A stretch of DNA of 32,000 bases from Wigglesworthia glossinidia endosymbiont of Glossina morsitans morsitans (Yale colony) (GTDB lineage Bacteria; Pseudomonadota; Gammaproteobacteria; Enterobacterales; Enterobacteriaceae): contig NC_016893.1 in NCBI RefSeq assembly GCF_000247565.1, positions 600,001-632,000 on the forward strand. Reading direction: 5' to 3'. This document shows positions 1-10,982 of the stretch, one piece after another. How positions within the stretch are numbered: position 1 is the stretch's first letter; every line of letters begins with the position of its first letter. The notes below the pieces were generated by a model, which was given only the letters and a program-made list of their open reading frames with translations, had not been told where the DNA came from and did not search any database. The translations under genes and the position numbers were made by a program.

Positions 1-1
1 A

Positions 2-319
2 CTTGGATATTTAGGATCAATACTAATATTATCTATGATATTTTTAATGTCTATACGTACACTATATATCGGAAAAAGATCTTTAAAAAATCACAATAAA
101 GTACCTGGATATTTTTCTTATGCAATAGGAATATGGTTAAGTTTGCAAACAATTATGAATGTCGGAGGAGTTATAGGTATTTTACCGGTAAAAGGATTAA
201 CTTTACCTTTAATCAGTTATGGAGGTTCCAGTTTAATTACTATTTTAGTATCATTGGCATTTGTATTAAGATTAGATTTTGAATTACGTTTAAAAAAATA
301 TCAAGCAATTAATTTATGA
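2..319 (+). CDS. ftsW: FtsW, lipid II flippase/peptidoglycan polymerase of the divisome (3' end only, gene truncated by window start)
   Basis: The frame is open from base 2 ([27 protein letters not shown]...). It contains the SEDS C-terminal motif [23 protein letters not shown], and the stop overlaps the murG start (ATGA at 316-319). The ORF-track start at 35 is an internal Met. Confidence 0.93.
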   Translation, partial: LGYLGSILILSMIFLMSIRTLYIGKRSLKNHNKVPGYFSYAIGIWLSLQTIMNVGGVIGILPVKGLTLPLISYGGSSLITILVSLAFVLRLDFELRLKKYQAINL

Positions 320-1392
320 AAAACAAAAAAAATATACATATTTTGATTTCAGGTGGAGGTAGCGGAGGTCACGTATTTGTAGGATTATCAATTGCTAAAC
401 ATTTAATCAATCTTGGATGTAATGTAACTTGGTTGGGAGCTAAAAATAAAATAGAATCTCAGTTAATACCAAAAAATAAAATTCCAATTGAATATTTTTA
501 TGTCAGCGGATTTTGTGGAAAAAATATTTTTTTAAAATTCATTAGTATAGCGAAATTGATATATGCTTTATTTAAAGCGAAAATTTTCATAAAAAAAATA
601 AAACCAAATGTTGTTTTTTCTATAGGAGGATATGCGTCTTTACCAGGAGCTATAGCTACGTGGATGCTAAAAATTCCATTAGTAATACATGAACAAAATA
701 CAATCCCGGGATTAGCAAATTATTTTTTATCTAAATTGTCTAATTGTCAAGTATTGCAAGCATTTCCAAACACTTTTCCAGATTCTAAAGTAGTAGGAAA
801 TCCAATTAGAGAAGATATTTTAAAAATATCTTCTCCTGTAATAAGATTTCAAAATCGTTCCGGACCTTTAAGATTGTTAATATTAGGAGGTAGTCAAGGA
901 GCGACTGTATTAAATAATATTATACCATCTATTTTAAAAATATTGCCAAATAAATTTCACATAATACATCAAACAGGATTTAATGAATATAATAAAGTAA
1001 AAGAAAAATATGATAAATTGTTAAATACTAAAAATTATAAAATTTTTACATTTATAGAAGACATTTATACAGCATATAGCTGGGCGGACTTGGTGATCTG
1101 TCGCTCAGGAGCTTTGACAGTTAGCGAGATTGCTCACATCGGATTAGCTGCATTTTTTATTCCATATCCTCACAAAGATAATCAACAATATTGGAATGCT
1201 AAAATCTTAGAAGCTATAGGAGCAGCTAAAATTATTTTACAAAATAAATTTACAAAAAAAAATGTTTTGAACTTTTTATGCGATTGGAATCGAGAAAAAT
1301 CTTTCAAAATGTCTAAAAAATCAAGAGGCGCAATAATAGAAAACTCAACTAAAAAAATTATATACGAAATTTATCAGAATATACAAGTATAA
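316..1392 (+). CDS. murG: UDP-N-acetylglucosamine--N-acetylmuramyl-(pentapeptide) pyrophosphoryl-undecaprenol GlcNAc transferase
   Basis: 358 aa with [74 protein letters not shown]. Located between ftsW and murC as in the dcw cluster. Confidence 0.97.
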   Translation: MKNKKNIHILISGGGSGGHVFVGLSIAKHLINLGCNVTWLGAKNKIESQLIPKNKIPIEYFYVSGFCGKNIFLKFISIAKLIYALFKAKIFIKKIKPNVVFSIGGYASLPGAIATWMLKIPLVIHEQNTIPGLANYFLSKLSNCQVLQAFPNTFPDSKVVGNPIREDILKISSPVIRFQNRSGPLRLLILGGSQGATVLNNIIPSILKILPNKFHIIHQTGFNEYNKVKEKYDKLLNTKNYKIFTFIEDIYTAYSWADLVICRSGALTVSEIAHIGLAAFFIPYPHKDNQQYWNAKILEAIGAAKIILQNKFTKKNVLNFLCDWNREKSFKMSKKSRGAIIENSTKKIIYEIYQNIQV

Positions 1393-1417
1393 AATAAACT
1401 TTAATATTATTAATAAT

Positions 1418-2848
1418 ATGATTAAAAATGATTTGTTTTTTTCAAAAATTTTAAAATCCGATAAAATTCATTTCATTGGAATTGGAGGTGCCGGTATGGG
1501 TGCACTTGCAGCATTAATGAAAAATTTAGGATATAACATTAGCGGATCAGATATTATTGAAAATTCAATCATCCACGATCTTAGAAAACTAGGTATAAAA
1601 ATTTTTATTAAACATTCCCAAAATAACATTTTTTTTTCTAAATTAGTTGTAGTTTCCAGTGCTATACCAGAAAATAATGAAGAAATTTTTGCTGCAAAAA
1701 AATTTAATATTCCAATTATTAAAAGAGCAGCAATGTTGTTTGAATTGATGAAATTTAAATATAATATTATTATTTCTGGAACACATGGAAAAACAACTAC
1801 GACTGCAATGCTTTATCATATTTTTAAAGCAGCTCAATTAAATCCAACGTATATAAATGGCGGCAAACTAATAAAAGATAATACACGCAGTTATTTAGGT
1901 ACAAGTCGTTATTGGATTGCTGAAGCAGATGAGAGTGATGCTTCTTTTTTATATTTTAAACCTAAAGTAGCTGTAGTAACTAGCATTGAAGCAGAACACT
2001 TAAATGCATATGAAAATCAATTCAAAAATTTAAAATCTGCTTTTATTAAATTTTTAAATAATACATCTTCAGGAGGATATGTCATATTATGTCTTGATGA
2101 TCGTGTTATTCAAAATATTATTCCAAAAATTAATCGGAAAATTGTTACGTATGGTTTTAACAAAAATTCTGATATTTATATAAAAAAATATTACCAAAAA
2201 AATTTTATATTTACTGCTGAAATATATATTAAAAAAATTAAAAAACATATATATTTACATATTAAAACTCCTGGAAAATTTAACATTCTAAATGCTACTG
2301 CAGCTATTTCTATAGCAATAGAAGAAGGTATTCATAGTGAGGTGATTTTAAATGCTATGTTAAAATTTCCAGGAGTTTATAGAAGGTTCAATTATATAAA
2401 AAATTATAATTTAAAAAAAATTAATAAAAAAATAGGAGAAATTGCATTGATTGATGACTACGGACATCATCCTACTGAAATAAAATTAACTATTCAAATT
2501 GTTAAAAAATTATGGTGTAATAGAAGACTAGTCATGGTCTTCCAGCCACACCGATACACACGTATGAAATTTTTATACAGAGATTTTATAGAAATTTTAT
2601 CTACTGTAGATATTTTATTATTGTTAAACATATACCCCGCTTTTGAAAAACCTATTGCTGGTATAAATAGCAAAGTTTTTTGCAAGAATATTCGTAAATT
2701 GAAAAAAACGCATGCTGTATTCGTTCCAAATATAAATAATTTATATAAAATATTAAAAATTTTACTCCTCAGTCAAGATATACTGCTATTACAAGGGGCT
2801 GGAGATATTGAACTGATATTCAAAAAATTAATTAATAAAAAAATTTAA
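1418..2848 (+). CDS. murC: UDP-N-acetylmuramate--L-alanine ligase
   Basis: 476 aa with HFIGIGGAGMGALA, SGTHGKTTTTAML, ADESDASFLY, DDYGHHPTEI, VFQPHRYTR. Confidence 0.97.
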   Translation: MIKNDLFFSKILKSDKIHFIGIGGAGMGALAALMKNLGYNISGSDIIENSIIHDLRKLGIKIFIKHSQNNIFFSKLVVVSSAIPENNEEIFAAKKFNIPIIKRAAMLFELMKFKYNIIISGTHGKTTTTAMLYHIFKAAQLNPTYINGGKLIKDNTRSYLGTSRYWIAEADESDASFLYFKPKVAVVTSIEAEHLNAYENQFKNLKSAFIKFLNNTSSGGYVILCLDDRVIQNIIPKINRKIVTYGFNKNSDIYIKKYYQKNFIFTAEIYIKKIKKHIYLHIKTPGKFNILNATAAISIAIEEGIHSEVILNAMLKFPGVYRRFNYIKNYNLKKINKKIGEIALIDDYGHHPTEIKLTIQIVKKLWCNRRLVMVFQPHRYTRMKFLYRDFIEILSTVDILLLLNIYPAFEKPIAGINSKVFCKNIRKLKKTHAVFVPNINNLYKILKILLLSQDILLLQGAGDIELIFKKLINKKI

Positions 2849-2889
2849 ATTTTAGAAAAAATAAAATATATAAAGATAATAAAATTTTA

Positions 2890-3627
2890 ATGTTTAATAC
2901 AAAAACATATCAAAAAATTAAAAAATCATATAAATTTATTTTTTTATTTGTATCTATAGGATGTATAGTTTGGTTTTTTTGGAATATAGTAAAATTTTCT
3001 AACATTTTGTTTATTTTTCCATTATCTAAAATCATTATTAAAGGAAACCAGAACTTTACTACAGTAGAAGATATTAATCAAATTATTTTAGGTATAAAAT
3101 ATTCTAAAAAATTTATTCAACACGACATAATTACTATTCAAACTAATATATCTAAAATTCCATGGATTCAAAAATCGAGTATAGAAAAAAAATGGCCAGA
3201 CTCTCTAATTGTGCAAATTCTTGAATACATTCCTATAGGATTTTGGAACGATATCTATTTCATAGATGTGAACGGAACAATTTTTTATGTGCCTAAGAAA
3301 CGATTAAATAATATTAAAAATTTACTAAAAATATATGCACCGCAAAATAGTGAAAAAATCGTTTTGCATGTGCTATTAAAAATAAAAAGTATTTTGGAAA
3401 AAGAGCAAATATCTTTAAATACAATTTATATCGGAGAACAATTTAACTGGGATTTAACAATAGAAAATAATTTAAAGATAAGATTGGGACGGTATGATAA
3501 AATATATAGATTACAAAGATTTGTAACGATATATCCAGTATTATTAAAAATAGCTCAGAAAGAAAATAAAAAAATGAAGTATATAGATCTTAGATATAAT
3601 TCAGGATTATCAGTTGGATATAAATAA
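2890..3627 (+). CDS. ftsQ: Cell division protein FtsQ (divergent)
   Basis: 245 aa, one N-terminal TM segment, POTRA-like IIIKGNQNFTTVEDINQII, IEKKWPDSLIVQILEYIPIGFWN, VDLRYNSG-like YIDLRYNSGLSVGY end. Sits between murC and ftsA. Confidence 0.9.
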   Translation: MFNTKTYQKIKKSYKFIFLFVSIGCIVWFFWNIVKFSNILFIFPLSKIIIKGNQNFTTVEDINQIILGIKYSKKFIQHDIITIQTNISKIPWIQKSSIEKKWPDSLIVQILEYIPIGFWNDIYFIDVNGTIFYVPKKRLNNIKNLLKIYAPQNSEKIVLHVLLKIKSILEKEQISLNTIYIGEQFNWDLTIENNLKIRLGRYDKIYRLQRFVTIYPVLLKIAQKENKKMKYIDLRYNSGLSVGYK

Positions 3628-3653
3628 TCAATTTAATAGTACAGGCAAACTTT

Positions 3654-4910
3654 ATGACGAAAGAGACGAATAAAAAACTAGTAGGACTAGAAATTGGAAC
3701 GTCTAAAGTCGCTCTTCTTGTAGGAGATATTTTACCTGATGGAATTATAAAAATTATTGGATCAGGAAATTCTCCTTCTAAAGGAATTGATAAAGGTGGA
3801 GTAAATGATTTAGAAGCAGTAGTACAATGTGTACAACAAGCAGTTCACCAAGCTGAAATGACAGCGAAATGTCATATCGAATCTGCTTATCTTGCTCTTT
3901 CAGGAAAACACATTTCATGTCAAAACGAAATTGGCATGGTGCCGATTACTGAAGAAGAAGTGACACAAGAAGATATAGAAAATGTTGTACATACTGCAAA
4001 ATCCGTACGAATAAAAAATGAACATCGTATTCTTCATGTAATTCCACAAGATTATACTATCGATTATCAAGAAGGTATCAAAAATCCAATTGGATTAGCA
4101 GGCGTACGAATGCAAGCTAGTGTTCATTTAATTACGTGTCATAACGATATGGCAAAAAATATGATTAAAGCTGCACGTAGATGTGGAGTAAAAATAGATC
4201 AATTAATTTTTTCTGGATTGGCATCTAGTTGTTCGGTGTTAACCGAAGATGAAAAAGAACTTGGGGTATGCATAGTAGATATGGGCGGAGGCACCATGGA
4301 TATTGCAATTTACACTGCCGGAGCGTTACGCTATACAAAAGTAATTCCATATGCCGGAAACATAGTTACTAAAGATATTTCATATGCTTTTGGCACACCC
4401 CCTTTAGAAGCTGAATCAATTAAAATTCATTACGGATGTGCTTTAAAATCATTAGTCAATAAAGAAGAAACCGTAGAAATTGCTAGTTTAGGAGGTAGAC
4501 CTACAAGAAGTTTACAAAGAAAAACTCTGGCAGAAGTTATCGAACCAAGATATACAGAGTTATTACATTTAGTTAGCGATGAAATTTTAAATTTGCAAAA
4601 ACAATTACGTTCTGAAAAAATTAAACACCATTTATCTGCAGGTATAGTGTTAACGGGAGGTGCATCCCAAATCGACGGATTATCCGATTGCGCACAACAA
4701 GTATTTCGTATGCAAGTACGTATTGGAAGACCTCAGAATATCTCAGGATTAACTGAATCTGTAAATCATCCATATCATTCAACAGTAGTAGGTTTATTAC
4801 ATTATGGTAAAGAATACGTTTTTAATAAAGATATTGAAACAACAGAAAAATATACTTTTTTTGCAAATTGGATAAAAAAATTTAATAATTGGATTAAAAA
4901 AGAATTTTAA
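3654..4910 (+). CDS. ftsA: Cell division protein FtsA
   Basis: 418 aa, closely resembles enterobacterial FtsA (KLVGLEIGTSKVALLVGDILPDG, ALSGKHISCQNEIGMVPITEEEVTQEDIENVVHTAKSV, CIVDMGGGTMDIAIYTAGALRYTKVIPYAGN). The C-terminal amphipathic membrane helix is retained (WIKKFNNWIKKEF). Confidence 0.98.
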   Translation: MTKETNKKLVGLEIGTSKVALLVGDILPDGIIKIIGSGNSPSKGIDKGGVNDLEAVVQCVQQAVHQAEMTAKCHIESAYLALSGKHISCQNEIGMVPITEEEVTQEDIENVVHTAKSVRIKNEHRILHVIPQDYTIDYQEGIKNPIGLAGVRMQASVHLITCHNDMAKNMIKAARRCGVKIDQLIFSGLASSCSVLTEDEKELGVCIVDMGGGTMDIAIYTAGALRYTKVIPYAGNIVTKDISYAFGTPPLEAESIKIHYGCALKSLVNKEETVEIASLGGRPTRSLQRKTLAEVIEPRYTELLHLVSDEILNLQKQLRSEKIKHHLSAGIVLTGGASQIDGLSDCAQQVFRMQVRIGRPQNISGLTESVNHPYHSTVVGLLHYGKEYVFNKDIETTEKYTFFANWIKKFNNWIKKEF

Positions 4911-4967
4911 AACTTGAAAATTAAGTCAAATCAATTTTTTTGATGCGATTAGTTTTGGAGATATATT

Positions 4968-6131
4968 ATGTTTGAACCAATGGAATTAACTAGTGATGCA
5001 GTCATTAAAGTAGTTGGAATTGGAGGTGGTGGAGGAAATGCAGTTGAACATATGGTACGCGAATGTATCGAAGGCGTCGATTTTTTTGCAGTTAATACTG
5101 ACGCTCAAGCATTAAAAAAAACTGAAGTCAATCAAACAATTCAAATTGGCAATAGTATTACAAAAGGTTTAGGAGCTGGTGCAAATCCAGAAATAGGGAG
5201 AAATTCTGCAGAAGAAGATAAAGATGCGCTTCGTGCCATGTTAGAAGGCGCCGACATGGTATTTATTGCTTCGGGTATGGGTGGAGGTACCGGTACAGGT
5301 GCCGCTCCAGTAATTGCGGAAATTGCTAAAGATCTCGGAATTTTAACCGTAGCAGTAGTTACAAAACCATTTCACTTCGAAGGTAAAAAACGTATGTTGT
5401 TCGCAGAACAAGGTATTGATTTACTTTCGAAAAGTGTAGATTCTTTAATAATTATTCCAAATGATAAATTATTGAAAGTATTAGGTCGCGGAATTTCATT
5501 GTTAGATGCATTTAGTGCAGCAAATGATGTATTAAAAAATGCAGTTCAAGGAATTGCAGAATTAATTACACGTCCGGGATTAATTAATGTAGATTTTGCC
5601 GATGTAAAAACAGTTATGTCAGAAATGGGGTATGCTATGATGGGTTCAGGTACTTCTAAAGGCGAAAATAGATCAGAAGAATCATCTGAAATGGCAATTT
5701 CTAGTCCTTTGTTAGAAGATATCGATCTTTCTGGAGCACGTGGAGTCCTAGTAAATATTACTGCAGGATTTGATTTACGTTTAGATGAATTTGAATCTGT
5801 TGGAAATACAGTACGTTCTTTTGCTTCAGATAATGCTACAGTAGTAATTGGAACATCGTTAGATCCTAATATGAATGAAGAATTACGTGTTACTGTTGTA
5901 GCAACTGGAATTGGGATGGATAAAAGACCTGAAATAAAGTTAGTTAAAAACGTAGACGTTAATAAAAAAAATATCGATCATTTTACCTACAATTACCCTG
6001 CACAAGGATCATCTCTAGATAACAAAACTCTTATACATAAAAAGTTGTTAAATAACAAAAAAATAATAGAAGATAATCTTCAATCTGATTACTTAGATAT
6101 TCCGGCTTTTTTACGTAAACAAGCAGATTAA
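4968..6131 (+). CDS. ftsZ: Cell division protein FtsZ
   Basis: 387 aa starting [29 protein letters not shown]. Has the tubulin signature [10 protein letters not shown], and the conserved C-terminal peptide [14 protein letters not shown] is intact. Confidence 0.99.
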   Translation: MFEPMELTSDAVIKVVGIGGGGGNAVEHMVRECIEGVDFFAVNTDAQALKKTEVNQTIQIGNSITKGLGAGANPEIGRNSAEEDKDALRAMLEGADMVFIASGMGGGTGTGAAPVIAEIAKDLGILTVAVVTKPFHFEGKKRMLFAEQGIDLLSKSVDSLIIIPNDKLLKVLGRGISLLDAFSAANDVLKNAVQGIAELITRPGLINVDFADVKTVMSEMGYAMMGSGTSKGENRSEESSEMAISSPLLEDIDLSGARGVLVNITAGFDLRLDEFESVGNTVRSFASDNATVVIGTSLDPNMNEELRVTVVATGIGMDKRPEIKLVKNVDVNKKNIDHFTYNYPAQGSSLDNKTLIHKKLLNNKKIIEDNLQSDYLDIPAFLRKQAD

Positions 6132-6198
6132 TTTTTATTAAAGAACGAAACAAGCAAAACTGCTCTCTATTACTATGTTAGTATAAGTAAAGCAATAT

Positions 6199-7074
6199 AT
6201 GATTAAACAAAATACTTTAAAAAAGTCTATACAGTGTACAGGGATAGGGCTTCATTCAGGAAAAATGATTACGTTAACACTTCTTCCTGCTCCAGAAAAT
6301 ACTGGAATTATCTATCGACGTATTGATTTAGTACCTCCGGTAGAATTAGTTTCTCATATTGATATGATTAAAAATACCAAATTTTGTACGTCTTTAGAAG
6401 ATAAAAATGGAATAAAAATCTCTACTATCGAACATTTAAGTGCTGCTTTATCAGGATTATGGATTGACAACATTGTTATTGAATTAACAGGTTCCGAAAT
6501 TCCTATTATGGATGGCAGTGCATGGCCTTTTGTAAATTTAATATTACGTGCTGGAGTTAAAAAATTAGCATATGAAAAAAAATTTATATATATAAAAAAA
6601 TTAGTACGTGTTGAAAAAGAAGATAAATGGATCGAGGTTGTTCCACATAATCAATTTACTTTAGATGTCACTATTGATTTTAATCATCCAGTAATATCTG
6701 CAACATTACAAAATTACTTTTTTACTTTTTCTATTAAATCTTTTATTGAGAAAATTAGTCGCGCTAGAACTTTTGGATTTTTAAAAGATATAGACATTCT
6801 AAGATCTCAAAAATTAGCTTTAGGATGCAGTTATAATTGTGCGATTGTTATAGGCGAAAAAAATATTTTAAATCATCATGGACTACGATTTGATAATGAA
6901 TTTGTACGTCATAAAATACTTGATATAATAGGAGATTTTTTTATACCAGGTTATAATATTTTAGGAGCTTTTAGAGCTTTTAAACCAGGTCATACAATGA
7001 ATTATTTATTACTTAAAAAAATTTTAAAAAATAAAAACACCTGGGGATTAAAAAAATTGAAAAAAAATTCATAA
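6199..7074 (+). CDS. lpxC: UDP-3-O-acyl-N-acetylglucosamine deacetylase, C-terminally shortened
   Basis: 291 aa with TIEHLSAALSGLWIDN, EIPIMDGSAWPFV, HKILDIIGDFFIPGYNILG, AFKPGHTMN. Ends LLLKKILKNKNTWGLKKLKKNS, without the canonical tail ending in AVLA. Confidence 0.96.
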   Translation: MIKQNTLKKSIQCTGIGLHSGKMITLTLLPAPENTGIIYRRIDLVPPVELVSHIDMIKNTKFCTSLEDKNGIKISTIEHLSAALSGLWIDNIVIELTGSEIPIMDGSAWPFVNLILRAGVKKLAYEKKFIYIKKLVRVEKEDKWIEVVPHNQFTLDVTIDFNHPVISATLQNYFFTFSIKSFIEKISRARTFGFLKDIDILRSQKLALGCSYNCAIVIGEKNILNHHGLRFDNEFVRHKILDIIGDFFIPGYNILGAFRAFKPGHTMNYLLLKKILKNKNTWGLKKLKKNS

Positions 7075-7585
7075 ATTATTAAAAATAAAATTCAGTTACT
7101 TTTTAAGTAAATGTAATTTATAATTATTAAAAATAAATATAAAATATTTTAAATATTTTTTTTACACATAAAATATTTATTTCAAATAAAATTTTTAAAA
7201 TATTAAAATATAAAATATATCGTATTTTATTAAGTAGTATGTATTATTTAATATATTTTAATTTTTTTATTTATTAATTATCTTAAATAAGAGTAATTGT
7301 TAATATTTTAAAAAATTTTAATTAGTATAAAATATATTTTTTTTAAAATATTTTTAATATAAAATAATTTTTAATTAATAAATTAAATTTTTTAGTCAAA
7401 ATTAAAATTATTATTTCAGTAACAAATAAAAATTATTACATAATCATTCAAAATATTTTAAATATTAATTTAATCGTAAAAAAAATCAGATAAATTTATT
7501 TAAATATTATATTCAAATATACATTATCATTTAACAATAGTAATTTTTAAATAAAATAAATTTTCATAAAATTCTATGCAGAGAT

Positions 7586-10099
7586 ATGTTCAGAAAATTT
7601 TTTAATAAAATTCTTGGAAATACTAATGATCGAGCTTTAAAAGAAATTCAAAAGCTCGTTTTAATAATCAATCGATTCGAACCTCACATGGAAATTCTTA
7701 CTGATCAACAACTATCTAATAAGACTATAGAATTTAAAAATCGTATTTCAGATGGTTGTAGTTTAGATGTTCTATTACCAGAAGCATTTGCAACTGTGAG
7801 AGAAGTCAGCAAAAGATTATTTAATATGCGACATTTTGACGTTCAATTAATGGGCGGGATAGTATTAAATCGCTGTTGTATTGCTGAAATGAGTACCGGA
7901 GAAGGTAAAACTATTACTTCAGTTTTACCAGCTTATTTAAATGCTTTATTAGGGCATGGTGTACATATAGTTACTGTAAATGATTATTTAGCAAAAAGAG
8001 ATGCAAGTAATAATCAACCTTTATTTGAATTTTTAGGATTAACTGTTGGTGTAAATCTATCTGGTTTAACTATTTCAGAAAAGCGTCATGCCTACTTATC
8101 AGATATTACTTATGGTACAAATAATGAATATGGGTTCGATTATTTAAGAGATAACATGATTTTTGATATAAATGAAAAAGTACAACGTAAACTATATTTT
8201 GCATTAATCGACGAAGTTGATTCGATTCTTATTGATGAATCTCGTACTCCATTAATTATTTCAGGCCCTACTAACAATAGTTCAGAAATTTACTTAAAGA
8301 TTAATCAATTAATTCCCAATTTAATTAAGCAGGATCAAGAAGATTCTGATACCTTTCAAGGTCAAGGGCATTTTTCAATAGACGAGAAATCTCGTCAAGT
8401 TAATTTAACAGAAAGAGGCTTGATATTAATCGAAAAATTATTAATTAAACATAAATTAATTAATAAAGAAGATTCTTTATATTCTTCTAGTAATATTACA
8501 CTTATGCATCATGTGCTTTCTGCATTAAGAGCGCATACATTATTTTTTAAAAATGTAGATTATATCATAAAAAATAATACAGTTATTATTGTTGATGAAC
8601 ATACTGGACGTACAATGCCTGGTCGTAGATGGTCTGATGGATTACATCAAGCAATAGAAGCTAAGGAAAATGTACCAGTGCATAATGAAAATCAAACTTT
8701 AGCATCAATTACATTTCAAAATTATTTTAGATTATATGAAAAATTATCTGGAATGACAGGTACTGCATATACTGAAGCTGAAGAATTTAAAGCAATTTAT
8801 AAATTAGATACTATTGTCATTCCTACAAATCGACCTATTATTCGTCAAGATTTGTCCGATTTAGTATATATGACAGAAAAAGAAAAATTATCTGCAATTG
8901 TAAAAAATATACAAGATTGTTATTTAAAAAAAATTCCCGTTTTAGTTGGCACAATTTCTATTGAAAAATCTGAAAAAATTTCAAAAATATTAAGATCAAT
9001 AGGAATTAAACATAAAGTGCTTAATGCAAAATTCCATGAATTGGAAGCAGAAATTATTTCTCAAGCAGGATATCCTCAAGCTATTACGATAGCTACAAAT
9101 ATGGCAGGAAGAGGCACGGATATTATCCTTGGAGGAAATTGGAAATCTGAACTTATAAAATATAAAAAAAATTTAAATAGAACAAAAGTTAAAGAAATTA
9201 AAGAAGCCTGGAAAGTTAGAAATCAAACAGTCATCAAATTAGGCGGTTTACATATTATTGGTACCGAACGTCACGAGTCACGTCGTATTGACAATCAATT
9301 AAGAGGTAGATCGGGTCGTCAAGGAGATCCTGGTTCGTCGAGATTTTATGTATCTATGGAAGATAATTTAATGAGAATTTTTTCTTCAAATCGTATTATA
9401 CAGACTATGCAAAAATTAGGTATGCGTTCCGGTGAAGCAATTGAGCATAAATGGATTACAAAAGCTATTTCTAATGCACAAAGCAAAGTAGAAAATCGTA
9501 ATTTTGATATGAGAAAACAATTATTAGATTATGATGATGTTGCTAATGAGCAGAGAAAAGCTATCTATCATCAAAGAAACGAAATTTTGTATTCTGAAAA
9601 TGTTCAAGAAATAATTCATAATATACGTAAAGATGTATTAAAATATTTTTTCAAACAGTATACTACGCAAGAATCCCATGTATCATTAAAAATAAAAGAT
9701 TTGCAAAAAAAAATAAAAGAAAACTTTGATGTTTATTTATCAATTGAAGTATTACAAAATAATATTCATGTAATATATCAGCGTACTTTGGAAGAAATGC
9801 TAAAAAATTATCAAAAAAAAGAACAAAAAATTGGTTATAAAACTTTAAGAAATTTTGAAAAAAATATTATGCTAAAAACTTTAGATACTCTTTGGAGAGA
9901 ACATTTAGCATCTATAGATTATTTAAGACAAGGGATACACTTAAGAGGATATGCACAAAAAGATCCAAAACAAGAATATAAAAGAGAATCGTTTACTATG
10001 TTCGAAAACATGCTATATACATTAAAACATGAAGTAATTAAAACATTAAGTACAATCAAAATAAATTCATTTCAATTTAAAATAAGCAAATGCAAGTAA
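7586..10099 (+). CDS. secA: Preprotein translocase ATPase SecA, lacking the C-terminal metal-binding tail
   Basis: 837 aa with [104 protein letters not shown]. Starts [18 protein letters not shown]. Confidence 0.98.
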   Translation: MFRKFFNKILGNTNDRALKEIQKLVLIINRFEPHMEILTDQQLSNKTIEFKNRISDGCSLDVLLPEAFATVREVSKRLFNMRHFDVQLMGGIVLNRCCIAEMSTGEGKTITSVLPAYLNALLGHGVHIVTVNDYLAKRDASNNQPLFEFLGLTVGVNLSGLTISEKRHAYLSDITYGTNNEYGFDYLRDNMIFDINEKVQRKLYFALIDEVDSILIDESRTPLIISGPTNNSSEIYLKINQLIPNLIKQDQEDSDTFQGQGHFSIDEKSRQVNLTERGLILIEKLLIKHKLINKEDSLYSSSNITLMHHVLSALRAHTLFFKNVDYIIKNNTVIIVDEHTGRTMPGRRWSDGLHQAIEAKENVPVHNENQTLASITFQNYFRLYEKLSGMTGTAYTEAEEFKAIYKLDTIVIPTNRPIIRQDLSDLVYMTEKEKLSAIVKNIQDCYLKKIPVLVGTISIEKSEKISKILRSIGIKHKVLNAKFHELEAEIISQAGYPQAITIATNMAGRGTDIILGGNWKSELIKYKKNLNRTKVKEIKEAWKVRNQTVIKLGGLHIIGTERHESRRIDNQLRGRSGRQGDPGSSRFYVSMEDNLMRIFSSNRIIQTMQKLGMRSGEAIEHKWITKAISNAQSKVENRNFDMRKQLLDYDDVANEQRKAIYHQRNEILYSENVQEIIHNIRKDVLKYFFKQYTTQESHVSLKIKDLQKKIKENFDVYLSIEVLQNNIHVIYQRTLEEMLKNYQKKEQKIGYKTLRNFEKNIMLKTLDTLWREHLASIDYLRQGIHLRGYAQKDPKQEYKRESFTMFENMLYTLKHEVIKTLSTIKINSFQFKISKCK

Positions 10100-10106
10100 A
10101 ATTTTT

Positions 10107-10847
10107 TTAAATGTTATCTTTTAAACGAGCACGCAATCTTTTTATAGCTAAACTATGCAACTGACTGACACGTGATTCTCCAACTCCTAATACTAAACCG
10201 ATTTCTTTTAAATTTAATTCTTGTTGATAATATAGATTCAATAAGACTTGTTCGCGTTTAGGCAAATTACGAATTTCTTGAATAATTTTCATTTTTAGAG
10301 TATTTATTAACAATAATTGACATGGATCTTTAGTGTCTTCAAGTATATTAATCCCTTTAAAACCAAGAGTCTCTTGGTAATTACCTAAATCTTCTAAAGA
10401 AAAAATTTGACTGCAATTAGTTTCTTGAAGCATTTTTTGATATTCTAATAAAGATACTCCGAGTTCTTCTGCTATTTGCTTTTCGGTAGCAGATAATCCT
10501 AATTTTTGTTCTAATCTTTGTATGGCAGATGCAATATCTCTTGCATTTCTTCTAACACTACGAGGAACCCAGTCACGCTCTCTGAGTTCATCTAGCATGC
10601 TCCATCGAATTCTGGAACGAGCATACGTAGAAAAACTCGCACCTTGATTAATGTCAAAATTTTCTATAGCAGAGAGAAATCCTATCATTCCTGATTGAAT
10701 TAAGTCGTCTAATTCAACATTACTAGGAAGTTTAACTTGCAATCTTAATGCTTCATGACGAATCATAGGTATGTATTGTTTCCATAAAAAAATATCATTT
10801 TTGTTTAATACATATCCTGATTGAGTATACACAGTATTTGTATGCAT
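10107..10847 (-). CDS. fliA: RNA polymerase sigma factor for flagellar operons (sigma-28)
   Basis: 246 aa closely resembling enterobacterial FliA: WKQYIPMIRHEALRLQVKLPSNVELDDLIQSGMIGFLSA, MLDELRERDWVPRSVRRNARDI, LNLYYQQELNLKEIGLVLGVGESRVSQLHSLAIKRLR. Confidence 0.96.
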   Translation of the reverse strand: MHTNTVYTQSGYVLNKNDIFLWKQYIPMIRHEALRLQVKLPSNVELDDLIQSGMIGFLSAIENFDINQGASFSTYARSRIRWSMLDELRERDWVPRSVRRNARDIASAIQRLEQKLGLSATEKQIAEELGVSLLEYQKMLQETNCSQIFSLEDLGNYQETLGFKGINILEDTKDPCQLLLINTLKMKIIQEIRNLPKREQVLLNLYYQQELNLKEIGLVLGVGESRVSQLHSLAIKRLRARLKDNI

Positions 10848-10982
10848 TTTTATCTCATTTATTATAAATTTGTTATTTTATATATTGTATGCGAATAATA
10901 ATTTAATAATTTATGCTTAAAATAGATATTTTGCATTTTTTGAGGTCAGATAAGAAATTTTATAAAATATATTTTTATTAAA

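Noticed and set aside
1643-1837. Minus-strand ORF of 64 aa inside murC
   Set aside because: Fully antisense to a strongly conserved gene; Phe/Lys/Asn-rich, with no recognisable domain. Spurious ORF.
2494-2685. Minus-strand ORF of 63 aa inside murC
   Set aside because: Antisense to conserved murC coding sequence, no recognisable family.
7075-7585. AT-rich, short repeat-like stretch that might suggest a CRISPR leader, replication origin or integration site
   Set aside because: I could find no regularly spaced repeats, DnaA-box cluster, att-like duplication or tRNA. It looks like ordinary AT-biased spacer.
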